Of a stretch of DNA of 64,000 bases, positions 8,738-17,476 are shown in pieces. The number at the start of each line of letters is the position of its first letter. Position 1 is the first letter of the stretch. Below the pieces are notes generated by a model, which ran no database searches, had not been told where the DNA came from, and was given only the letters and a program-made list of their open reading frames with translations. The stretch is taken from contig JBFGZE010000004.1 in assembly GCA_041586955.1 (NCBI GenBank), positions 1 to 64,000 on the forward strand. Direction: 5' to 3'. This DNA is from Bacteriovoracaceae bacterium. GTDB taxonomy: Bacteria; Bdellovibrionota; Bacteriovoracia; Bacteriovoracales; Bacteriovoracaceae. A program made the position numbers and the translations under genes.

Positions 8738-9823
8738 TTATGCGCCTTCGACACTCGCGGCTTGAATGCGAGAGATCAGATCTTTCATAAAAACATCATT
8801 GGCCTTAGACCGAATGGCCTTCGTAATTTCGGGGATATAAACTGGTTTATACTCTGAAAAGTGCTGCTTTTTACAATCCATAATTCTTTGGTATTTAAAA
8901 TTTAAAACCTCATTTTTGAGTATTTGAGTTTTCCTTGCCTCTTTCAAGGCCTCTAGCGCCAATTGCGCCTTTTCCATATCACGGTACTCAATTATATCGG
9001 CTCCAGCTTTAATGGCGAGAACTGCTGCTTCTTCAGTTGAATAGCGATCATCAATCGCCTTCATTTGCATATCATCTGAAATAATAATCTTATTAAACTT
9101 GAGCGTTTTCCTTATCAGATTATAGGCCTTCGCACTTAAGGAAGTCGGCAACTCTTTATCAATTGCATCAACCATTAGATGCGCCATCATCATAAATTCA
9201 ACACGTGACTTAGCTGCTCTTACAAACGGAACAAACTCCTCTTTTTCCAATTCTTCGAGCGATTTTTTCACTACAGGCATATCAAAATGACTGTCTTTAA
9301 AGGTTGAGCCGTGGCCAGGAAAATGCTTCGCACAGCCGAGAACCCCAGATGTCTGTAGACCGCGAATCATAGAAGTCACATATTTAGAAACTTCCTCGCC
9401 CGTGCGACCGAAGGCCCTATCACCTATAACTTTATTAGCGGGGTTATTAAAAATATCACACACAGGAGATAAGTTGACATTAACGCCACACGCACTTAGT
9501 TCTTCGGCCATTATCCTACCCACATGGAAGCATAGTTTTGGAGAATCCAATTTTGCGATATCCAGCATTGACGGTATCTGAGTAAAGTGCTTTTTAAAAC
9601 GAATGACTCGCCCACCTTCATGATCTACAGCGATAAACAGCGGGTACTCATCACGGAGGGCCTGAATTGAGTTAATCAATTCTGCGAGCTGGGCCGGAGT
9701 TTCGAAGTTATGTGAAAATAGGAGGACACCACCTATGTTCTCTGATTGAATAAACGTCTCCTCCTCTTTCGTAAGAGAAGTTCCGCTTACACCTGTCATT
9801 ATAAATTGTCCGAGTATACTCAT
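8738..9823 (-). CDS. nagZ: Beta-N-acetylhexosaminidase (GH3)
   Basis: AVDHEGGRV, KHFPGHG..DSH NagZ signature, ISDDMQM nucleophile motif. Confidence 0.93.
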   Translation of the reverse strand: MSILGQFIMTGVSGTSLTKEEETFIQSENIGGVLLFSHNFETPAQLAELINSIQALRDEYPLFIAVDHEGGRVIRFKKHFTQIPSMLDIAKLDSPKLCFHVGRIMAEELSACGVNVNLSPVCDIFNNPANKVIGDRAFGRTGEEVSKYVTSMIRGLQTSGVLGCAKHFPGHGSTFKDSHFDMPVVKKSLEELEKEEFVPFVRAAKSRVEFMMMAHLMVDAIDKELPTSLSAKAYNLIRKTLKFNKIIISDDMQMKAIDDRYSTEEAAVLAIKAGADIIEYRDMEKAQLALEALKEARKTQILKNEVLNFKYQRIMDCKKQHFSEYKPVYIPEITKAIRSKANDVFMKDLISRIQAASVEGA

Positions 9824-9933
9824 ATCACATATCCAAGTCGTAGAAATTTTACAACAATCCCTATTTTTTTACCAGGGAGTTCAATTATTCCTAAGACCTG
9901 CAAAATCTGTTGGCTCAGCACCAATTTACCCAT
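9820..9933 (-). CDS. Possible 37-aa small ORF translationally coupled to nagZ
   Basis: AGGAG 5 nt before ATG; MGKLVLSQQILQVLGIIELPGKKIGIVVKFLRLGYVI; its TGA overlaps the nagZ ATG (ATGA). Confidence 0.35.
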   Translation of the reverse strand: MGKLVLSQQILQVLGIIELPGKKIGIVVKFLRLGYVI

Positions 9934-10135
9934 AATCACTCCTGGCATCCCTTGATTAAGGTCCACAAGAGCAGTCAATAAGATTGGAGGTAAGACAATA
10001 TTATAAAATAGGCGAAATGGCACCAGAATAGGCGAAGACAATAAGTGAGTGCTTTGTAATTTAGATATTTTTTGCCGCTACAGATATCCTAAACTTAAAT
10101 TTCAACAAAACCAAAGAGAAGTTTTGTATTACTCA

Positions 10136-10885
10136 CTACTCCTTAGAGATACTCAATCCTTCGGCCACCCAATAGATTCCATTTAATTTTAAATGAGAAT
10201 CAAAAACATAGAAAATAACAAAATGATCTGACTTTAAGGAGAAGCGATGAAGTCCCCCCTTCAATTCTTGATCGTACACTAATTTAGAATGTACAAATAG
10301 TTTATTGGGGAGTGTTGGATATTGGTAAGTAATAAAAGGATGGCCATCTAAAATAAGGGATAATGATAATACGCCGGCCTTTCTTAAAATAGCTTTTCTA
10401 AGAAAGCTCGAGACCAGAGCACATTCTTCAACTTGAGAGAAAAAACAAAATGCGCCCTGAGTTTTAAGAAAAGGAATTATCTCCTCCCTTTTCTCCCCTG
10501 ATTCACCATCAAAATAAGCCAACTTAAAAGATTTAGTTTTAGTATCTAAGTCAAGACGAGACCAAGATTTTTTTCCCGCGAGCCAGACTTCGTTATAGGC
10601 CTTCTCTGGTCGCAAGATTGTATATTTTTTCCCTAATACTCCAACCTTAGATAAGGTGACACTTTTTTCAACAATCTGTCCGTTCTCTTGGGCAAGAGTC
10701 CTTTTTTTAACAATTAGTTGATCCTTATTATGTCCCGTTTCAAGAACCAGGTTAAATATTCCTGACTTATCCTTTAAAACGTACCTTTCTTTGCCAAAAT
10801 GTTTATTGTAATTATGACGACCAGAAGAAGAGCAACTTGTGATTATCACCAATATCAAAATATTATGAAGTAAATATTGTCTCAA
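10136..10885 (-). CDS. Hypothetical lipoprotein
   Basis: Signal peptide with lipobox IITSC; overlaps the upstream gene's stop. Confidence 0.7.
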   Translation of the reverse strand: MRQYLLHNILILVIITSCSSSGRHNYNKHFGKERYVLKDKSGIFNLVLETGHNKDQLIVKKRTLAQENGQIVEKSVTLSKVGVLGKKYTILRPEKAYNEVWLAGKKSWSRLDLDTKTKSFKLAYFDGESGEKREEIIPFLKTQGAFCFFSQVEECALVSSFLRKAILRKAGVLSLSLILDGHPFITYQYPTLPNKLFVHSKLVYDQELKGGLHRFSLKSDHFVIFYVFDSHLKLNGIYWVAEGLSISKE

Positions 10886-11699
10886 ACTCTTTATCTCTTG
10901 TTACATCATATAAAAAATTACTCTCATCAATCTTTTCGTTGATTATTTTTTCTAATTTTTCACATTCGTCAAATTCAAGACCTATTTTATATTGATGAGG
11001 TTCATCAGCTCTTTTAAATAAATCAACAATATAAACCAAATTTAAATTATTCACTGTTATTAATTGGCCATCAATTAGCACTGTAAAATTTTGAGATAAT
11101 TTTTTTTTGAAAAAGTCGAGATACCTTTTTGAAGATTTTAGAGAAACACCTTTTGAAGACAGGTCAATCACTCTAAATGGAGACAACCCATCTCCCAGTT
11201 CACTTTGAATTTTTTTGAGTATCTTTAAAGCTTTTTCTTGGTCTTCTTCAAGCTTTTTCTTTTTCTCTTCTTTCTCTTTGCTTAAAAAGACCACATTATC
11301 AGGCTGTAATATTTCGTCTTCAATTTCTGCCAATAAAAATATCTCTAAGTGCGGATAAGCAAGTAGACGCTCATTTTTTCGTTTCTCATAACGATAGAAT
11401 TTTTGCTCGAAAATAAATTTCGGCCCTTCTGGGCATTCCGAAAGAGTTCCCCGAGAGAAATAATTAACTCCACGAAAGACGAAGCTCATAAAAACAACAT
11501 CACCTATCAACTTCGCGTCAACTTCATCTTCTGAAAATAGAACCAGCTCTTGAGCAGACTGCTCAACGAAACCACTTTTAATTCGATAAACGTGATTTTT
11601 TTGAGATTTTTTCCAAAGCTTAATAAGGCCTTTTTCATCCAAAAGACCTTTAATCTTTAAATAAATTTCCTTAGTGTTTATTTCAACAAAGCCATTCAT
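10863..11699 (-). CDS. PilZ-like (putative c-di-GMP-binding) protein
   Basis: RKNER (RxxxR) and DLSSKG (DxSxxG) motifs, C-terminal YKIGLEF strand. Confidence 0.7.
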   Translation of the reverse strand: MNGFVEINTKEIYLKIKGLLDEKGLIKLWKKSQKNHVYRIKSGFVEQSAQELVLFSEDEVDAKLIGDVVFMSFVFRGVNYFSRGTLSECPEGPKFIFEQKFYRYEKRKNERLLAYPHLEIFLLAEIEDEILQPDNVVFLSKEKEEKKKKLEEDQEKALKILKKIQSELGDGLSPFRVIDLSSKGVSLKSSKRYLDFFKKKLSQNFTVLIDGQLITVNNLNLVYIVDLFKRADEPHQYKIGLEFDECEKLEKIINEKIDESNFLYDVTRDKEFETIFTS

Positions 11700-11715
11700 A
11701 TCTTATTTATCTAGT

Positions 11716-12753
11716 TTAAGATAATGTCGTAACCTGTTTCAACAGATCGATCGACTCTAATGCTTTCCCACAACCGCGAACCACACATGTTAGAGGATCT
11801 TCAGCAAGGGAAACAGGTAGCCCTGTTTTTTCCTTAATTAAAATATCCAAATTGGCCAAAAGACTTCCGCCTCCAGCTAAAATAATTCCATTATCAACAA
11901 TATCCGCTGCTAATTCTGGTGGTGTTTTTTCTAATGAAATTTTAATGGCCTCCACAACCTCGGCGACAGGATCAGATAAAGCATCTCGAATCTCATCAGA
12001 GGTCACTTCGATAATCTTAGGGGCCCCTGCAATAAGATCGCGACCTTTGACTTCGAAAGTTTTAACTTCTTCATCAAATGGATAGGCATTACCAATTGAA
12101 ATTTTAATTGCTTCAGCAGTTCGCTCTCCGATCAGAAGAGAATATTTCTTCTTAACGTATTGAGTAATTGCTTCATCAAATTTATCACCCGCGACACGCA
12201 CAGATTTAGAAAAGACTATTCCTCCAAGAGAAATAACTGCAACTTCTGTTGTCCCTCCCCCGATATCAACGATCATATTACCTGATGGCTCCGTAATAGG
12301 CAGACCTGCACCCATTGCAGCGGCCATTGGCTCTTCGATCAAATAAACTTCGCGAGCTCCAGCTTGCTCTGCAGATTCTTTAACCGCTCTTTTCTCAACT
12401 TGAGTAATACCAAAAGGAATGCAAATAATAATTCTCGGCTTAATTAACTTTGAACCTGAAAACGATTGATTAATAAAATATTTCAACATCGCGCCTGTCA
12501 CTTCAAAGTCCGCAATAACACCATCCTTCATGGGGCGAATCGCTTTAATAGATCCAGGGGTACGGCCTAACATTTCCTTCGCTTTCTCACCGACAGCTAA
12601 AACCTTACTTACCCCTTTCACCCCCTGATGAACCGCAACAACGGAAGGCTCATTTACAATAATACCGCGATCTTTGGCGTAAACTAGGCAATTCGCCGTC
12701 CCCAAATCAATTGCGAGATCACTCGAAAACCAATCTAATACTTTTTTAAACAT
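11716..12753 (-). CDS. mreB: Rod shape-determining actin homologue MreB
   Basis: [47 protein letters not shown]. Confidence 0.97.
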   Translation of the reverse strand: MFKKVLDWFSSDLAIDLGTANCLVYAKDRGIIVNEPSVVAVHQGVKGVSKVLAVGEKAKEMLGRTPGSIKAIRPMKDGVIADFEVTGAMLKYFINQSFSGSKLIKPRIIICIPFGITQVEKRAVKESAEQAGAREVYLIEEPMAAAMGAGLPITEPSGNMIVDIGGGTTEVAVISLGGIVFSKSVRVAGDKFDEAITQYVKKKYSLLIGERTAEAIKISIGNAYPFDEEVKTFEVKGRDLIAGAPKIIEVTSDEIRDALSDPVAEVVEAIKISLEKTPPELAADIVDNGIILAGGGSLLANLDILIKEKTGLPVSLAEDPLTCVVRGCGKALESIDLLKQVTTLS

Positions 12754-12768
12754 AAATGTTCCCTCTTT

Positions 12769-13899
12769 TTACCATTGATAATGTCTAATGGTTTCACCCC
12801 TAACAGAAATATCATGCATGGCCTGAATTCCTAATTCAATATGTAAATCTGTAAACTTTCTAAACACTTTTTTGGCCGAAGCTTTCGTTTTAATTCCCCC
12901 TTCTTTCATAGGGCAATCAGAAACTAACAAAAGAGCGCCAATATTAACTTTGCTCACGAAACATGCACAGAAAAGTGCCGCTGTTTCCATTTCCACAGCG
13001 AGGACTCTTTCTTCGATTAAATTATTTTTAAATTTTTGGTCAAATTCCCAAAAGCGAAAATCCGTAGAGTGAATTGTACCTGTACGATACTCTAGCGAAT
13101 GTTCACAAAGAATATTACTTATAAATTTTTGTACTTTAAAGGTAGGGAGTGCTGGAACTTGTGAGGGAATAAAGTGACTTGTCACACCCTCGGCACGAAT
13201 AGAAGCAATAGGTAGGATAAAGTCTCCCACCTCTAATGACGGGTGTACCGCTCCACATAGGCCTAAAAATAAAACTGCTTTAGCATCTACTACTGCCAAC
13301 AATTCACCAATCAGTGCCGCCATAGCGGAACCAACACCAAATTCAATAATAGTGACACCGGCATTTTCAGAGGATGAAGCTTTAAAAGCTGAGCCCTGAG
13401 TGTAATGAGCATCATCCATTAAAGTATTAAATCGTTCTACATAATAATGAAAATTGGTGAGTATAATCTGCTTTTGAAAATCTTCAACACTATGGCCTGT
13501 ATAACGCTCAAGCATATCGATAGCAATACGCCTTTTGTCTTCATTCCCATGAATTCTCCGTGATCTCATGAGGGCCTTTTTGGCCTGAACGTCCGCCTTA
13601 AGTGGAGTTTTTTTAGTATTACGACGACTATCGCTGGCAATCTTCTTAGTGCTTTTACGAACTAATTCGCTCATATTCCTTGCACTAATTTTTTTGGCCT
13701 TCTCGACAGTTATAGTTTTTTCCTTCAGGACACCATCTATCATCTCTCGATCTAGGACCTTTTTCTTTGATATTTTCTTTTTGGCCACCTTCTTTTTGGT
13801 CACTTTCTTTTTGGTTATTTTCTTTTTGGCCACCTTCTTTTTAGCCGCTTTCTTACTGGTGGCCTTCTTTTTTGATGCGCCGCTCTTCTTGACTGTCAT
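12769..13899 (-). CDS. amn: AMP nucleosidase (short type) with an N-terminal lysine-rich repeat extension
   Basis: DMLERYTG..ILTNF, FGVGSAMAA, AVLFLGLCG, GDFILPIASIRAEG, PALP, RFWEFD, AVEMETAALF, GALLLVSD. Confidence 0.85.
   Translation of the reverse strand: MTVKKSGASKKKATSKKAAKKKVAKKKITKKKVTKKKVAKKKISKKKVLDREMIDGVLKEKTITVEKAKKISARNMSELVRKSTKKIASDSRRNTKKTPLKADVQAKKALMRSRRIHGNEDKRRIAIDMLERYTGHSVEDFQKQIILTNFHYYVERFNTLMDDAHYTQGSAFKASSSENAGVTIIEFGVGSAMAALIGELLAVVDAKAVLFLGLCGAVHPSLEVGDFILPIASIRAEGVTSHFIPSQVPALPTFKVQKFISNILCEHSLEYRTGTIHSTDFRFWEFDQKFKNNLIEERVLAVEMETAALFCACFVSKVNIGALLLVSDCPMKEGGIKTKASAKKVFRKFTDLHIELGIQAMHDISVRGETIRHYQW
13753..13890 (-). repeat. 15-nt repeat encoding KKK[VI][ATSL] pentapeptides (histone H1/Hc2-like)
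   Basis: KKKAT SKKAA KKKVA KKKIT KKKVT KKKVA KKKIS KKKVL. Confidence 0.9.
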
Positions 13900-14111
13900 A
13901 AATCTCCTTCCCTAGATATAAAATTCCTTTTCAAGGCCCGGCAAAGTGCTGAGAATAGGAAAATTTACCATTCTTATTTAGTTACTGACAAACTAATTAT
14001 CTAAATTCTCTCCATGAAAGGAGTAGAGCCCTTGCCATGAGGTCAGTTTTTAGTTAAAAGAAATACAATATCTAGCTAAAACACGCTGCAAAAAAACCAA
14101 AGGAAGCTATC

Positions 14112-14213
14112 ATGGGTCTAGGAAGAAAGAGTTCTGTTCTCAAAATGAAAAGAAAGAAAAATCAAAGAAAAAAGAAAGAAAGAATCAAAAGACGTATTGC
14201 CTTAGCAAAATAA
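14112..14213 (+). CDS. Small highly basic 33-aa protein, below the ORF-track cutoff; candidate small ribosomal or nucleic-acid-binding protein
   Basis: AAGGAAG RBS then MGLGRKSSVLKMKRKKNQRKKKERIKRRIALAK, tandem TAA TAA stops, hairpin downstream. Confidence 0.75.
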   Translation: MGLGRKSSVLKMKRKKNQRKKKERIKRRIALAK

Positions 14214-14214
14214 T

Positions 14215-14240
14215 AAAGAACCCCTTATAGGGGCTCTTTA
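14215..14240. terminator. Imperfect hairpin between the convergent small ORF and the LpoA-like gene
   Basis: aaagaacccc-ttata-ggggctcttt; overlaps the stop codon of the minus-strand gene. Confidence 0.45.
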
Positions 14241-16186
14241 TATTCGGCTTCAGCTTTAATCGGTTCAATTCTACCCTTCGCTAATTTCAAAGATAAAAGG
14301 TCTTTCAGCCACACGCCTTCACTAAGTCGCCAATTGCCTGTAATTCCCTTCAGGGAACTCTTGGTTCGAATGTACATATCTAACTCATCCCTAGACTCTA
14401 ATTCCTCAATATCAAGCATCGACAAGGCAATTTTTAGAGCATCAAATGAGCGCATTTCAATCAGCCGCGGCTTTCTCTTGTACAGAGAGATAAAATTCTT
14501 TATATAGCTTTGATTAGGTAGAGAGACATTATCCCCAACGAATAGGAGCTTACCAAACTTAGAGCTCTCACGAGAAAGTGCTTTACTCCTCCAGCTTGGG
14601 CCACCAACAATATTAAGACCAAACGCATCAAAGTAACCAAAGGATGGTATAATCTGGAGCGCCTCATTTGGAAATGCCGGGACAAAAAGCCAATCAAAAT
14701 CAACTTGCGGCTTTAGAAATTGTAAACGCCTCGCTGAACGTTTCTCCTCCAGCGAGTAAATCTCTTTAAGAATTTGAAATTCCTCTTCTCTTTCTCTTTT
14801 AAATTTCAAGCCTAAAAGATTTTTAACTGGTTCCCTATAGTCAGTCTGATTTTTCATAAAGGGAATAACACCTGTAATATCAACGCCCGCTAATTTTGCT
14901 TTTCGCCAAAACTCATTAACGTAGGCCTTACCCCGCTCACTTTCCGGATATAAAATCGCTGCTCGTTTACCAAACTGATTTAAGAAGTCGGCCGAGAACA
15001 CCTGCCCCAATTGAGATTCAACTGATCCTGGAACTTCCAATAACAAATGATCCTTTTGCTCTTTTGGCAAATATATTTGAGAAAGAGAAATAAAAACGGC
15101 CCCGTGCTTACGGGCCTCTAAATACTCTTTAGTGGCCTCCGATGAAAATAAACCACCGATAATAATAGAAGCATAATTTCTTTCAATTAGTTCTTTGACT
15201 CTATAGGAACCTAAAGCGCCAGTACCTTCAGAGTCTTTAACAATGATATTAAACTTACCATTTGGGTTATTAAGTCTTAATGCCGAATCAAGGCCCATTA
15301 AAGCGCGCTTACCAAACTCTGCTTTTTTTCCTGTTAGTGGTAGGACAACTCCAATGTTAAAGCGCTCCACCTTAGCGTAATTATCGACCCGAAATTTAAA
15401 ATTATTAACGAGGAGTTCAATTTCTGAATGTTTATAAAAATGTTTTGTTACCCAATTAAGAATATCTGTTGCTCCAGATTTTTCATTTTTATAATATAAT
15501 TTTTCCGCTTCCAAATAACCTAGGTAACCGACCACTAGTGATTGCTTCGTTGTAAAGTCTTCTAAAATAGAAAGTCTCTGTCCTTCATCTAATTTTTGAA
15601 AGTTTTTTAATAAAAACTCAAAATAAGGATTACTTTTTAAATCACTTAATTGAGATTTATTTTCGAAATATCGCAATAGGGCCATAACCGCTTCTTGGCC
15701 CTTACCAAGCTCATGAGATAGTTTAAACATCAATATAGAATGCTTGCCCAATTCCTTTTCTGTTAATTTATCTGGGTCAACCTTGCTTAGGCCATCAAAT
15801 GCCTTTTCCAAAAAGCCAAGTTTATAATAGCTGCGCGCTTGATTAAGTAAGATTTGAGATGTCAAAGTGTCATCAGCTTCTGAAGAACTAAGTGCCAAAT
15901 CAAAATTGAATATGGCCTGCTCATAATTCTTTTTACTAAAAAGAATCACTCCAATTAAATTTCTTCTAAGGGCCTTTTCGCTATCAGAGAGAGTTTCTTC
16001 CTGTATGTCCTTTAATTCACTTAATGCCTGATCAAGTAAGCCTAATTTATACTGATTTTTAATAGAGCCGATCTTCAAAAGAAAGTTAGGCGAATATAGC
16101 TGATCACTCCGCTTGTCTATTAAACTAATTCCTGAACAGCCCCAAAAAATAAGACCTACAATTAACAAAAGAAGATATTTGCGCAT
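14225..16186 (-). CDS. LpoA/LppC-like lipoprotein (TPR + type I periplasmic-binding domain), putative PBP activator
   Basis: Lipobox IFWGC; TPR-like helices; IGVVLPLTG..FG..ALMG, IIGGLFSSEA, VDFDWLFVP, GITGNWRL typical of the LppC family. Confidence 0.75.
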   Translation of the reverse strand: MRKYLLLLIVGLIFWGCSGISLIDKRSDQLYSPNFLLKIGSIKNQYKLGLLDQALSELKDIQEETLSDSEKALRRNLIGVILFSKKNYEQAIFNFDLALSSSEADDTLTSQILLNQARSYYKLGFLEKAFDGLSKVDPDKLTEKELGKHSILMFKLSHELGKGQEAVMALLRYFENKSQLSDLKSNPYFEFLLKNFQKLDEGQRLSILEDFTTKQSLVVGYLGYLEAEKLYYKNEKSGATDILNWVTKHFYKHSEIELLVNNFKFRVDNYAKVERFNIGVVLPLTGKKAEFGKRALMGLDSALRLNNPNGKFNIIVKDSEGTGALGSYRVKELIERNYASIIIGGLFSSEATKEYLEARKHGAVFISLSQIYLPKEQKDHLLLEVPGSVESQLGQVFSADFLNQFGKRAAILYPESERGKAYVNEFWRKAKLAGVDITGVIPFMKNQTDYREPVKNLLGLKFKREREEEFQILKEIYSLEEKRSARRLQFLKPQVDFDWLFVPAFPNEALQIIPSFGYFDAFGLNIVGGPSWRSKALSRESSKFGKLLFVGDNVSLPNQSYIKNFISLYKRKPRLIEMRSFDALKIALSMLDIEELESRDELDMYIRTKSSLKGITGNWRLSEGVWLKDLLSLKLAKGRIEPIKAEAEYKEPL

Positions 16187-16266
16187 ATTTACCCCTCAAA
16201 TAGAACTATCCTATTTTATGGCCTATTTGAGAGAAAGTGAAATCAAGGCAATTCTTGAATCAATTA

Positions 16267-17403
16267 TTATTGAAATAGTTCCTTCACTTTATCAAAAAAA
16301 CCTCGACTCATTGGGTTACTATGGTGAGATCCCTCGATATGTGCTAATTTTTCAAAGATTTCTCGTTGATCCTCGGACAATTTAGTTGGTGTTTCGACGT
16401 GAATCGTTAAGATTTGATCACCGACTCCATAGCCTCCGAGTTTTTGTATCCCTTTGCCCCTAAGACGCATTTTTCGCCCCGATTGAGTTCCCTCTGGTAG
16501 ATTAACCTCTACTTTACCGTCAAGCGTAGGGACTTCAATAGATGCTCCTAAAGCGGCCTGTGAAAAACTAATAGGCACAATGCAATGAACATCAAAACCA
16601 TCGCGCTCAAATATTTCATGGGATTTAATATCAATAACAACATAAAGGTCACCTGATGGTGCCCCCATAGTTCCAGCGTCGCCCTCATTGCCTAATTTAA
16701 GACGTTGACCAATATCGATCCCTGCGGGAACACGAACAGCGAGATCCACTTTTTTACTTTTACGACCTTCTCCGCGACAAGTACCACAAGGATCTGTGAT
16801 CATCTGACCAGTACCATGACATTTTGGACAAGCCGTTGCCACAGTAAAAAATCCTTGCTGACGCCTCACCTCACCATGGCCTTGACAAACATCACAGGTT
16901 GAAGGAGTCGCACCGTCTTTTGCCCCAGATCCACGACAATCACCACAAGCAACAAGCTTGTTAATTGAAATGGTTTTTTCGGCCCCAAAAGCGGCTTCTT
17001 CAAAAGAAACGCTAAGAGAAACTTGGAGGTCATTGCCTGGTTTACCTCCACTTCGACGGCGAGTTCGACGACCACCGCCGCCTCCGCCAAACATATCTCC
17101 AAACATATCCCCAAAGATATCGCCGAGATCGCCAAAGTCGCCACTAAAGCCACCACCACCAAAGCCTCCGGTTTGACCGTTTACGCCTGCGTGACCAAAT
17201 TGATCATATCGACTTCTTTTTTCTTGATCGAGAAGAACTTCGGCCGCTTCAGATGCTTCTTTAAACTTAGCTTCGGCCTCAGGGTTATTTGGGTTGCGGT
17301 CTGGATGGTGCTTTAAAGCTTCTTTTCTATAAGCTTTTTTAATCTCATCTTTCGACGAGTTTTTCGCTACGCCCAATATATCGTAATAATCCCTTTTGGC
17401 CAT
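16267..17403 (-). CDS. dnaJ: Chaperone DnaJ
   Basis: J domain HPD, G/F-rich region, four CxxCxGxG repeats. Confidence 0.98.
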   Translation of the reverse strand: MAKRDYYDILGVAKNSSKDEIKKAYRKEALKHHPDRNPNNPEAEAKFKEASEAAEVLLDQEKRSRYDQFGHAGVNGQTGGFGGGGFSGDFGDLGDIFGDMFGDMFGGGGGGRRTRRRSGGKPGNDLQVSLSVSFEEAAFGAEKTISINKLVACGDCRGSGAKDGATPSTCDVCQGHGEVRRQQGFFTVATACPKCHGTGQMITDPCGTCRGEGRKSKKVDLAVRVPAGIDIGQRLKLGNEGDAGTMGAPSGDLYVVIDIKSHEIFERDGFDVHCIVPISFSQAALGASIEVPTLDGKVEVNLPEGTQSGRKMRLRGKGIQKLGGYGVGDQILTIHVETPTKLSEDQREIFEKLAHIEGSHHSNPMSRGFFDKVKELFQ

Positions 17404-17427
17404 GTCACTTCCTCAGCTTCTATAAAC

Positions 17428-17456
17428 AAAAAAAGGGGAAGAGCTCTCTCTTCCCC
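17428..17456 (-). terminator. Intrinsic terminator between dnaK and dnaJ
   Basis: Minus strand ggggaagag-agag-ctcttcccc followed by a T7 run. Confidence 0.8.
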
Positions 17457-17476
17457 AAAAAACTTATTTTCTAACC

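Noticed and set aside
10018..10034. TGGCAC..GC resembling a sigma-54 -24/-12 promoter
   Set aside because: GG-to-GC spacing is 11 rather than the required 10, and it points at no plus-strand gene
9820..10041. 73-aa ORF from the track, starting at TTG 10041
   Set aside because: No RBS at that start and it spans the repeat-containing intergenic region; only the shorter ATG-9933 version is kept, at low confidence
971..13890. Periodic repeats considered as possible CRISPR arrays
   Set aside because: All are in-frame coding repeats (12, 15 and 45 nt) without unique spacers; no cas genes are present
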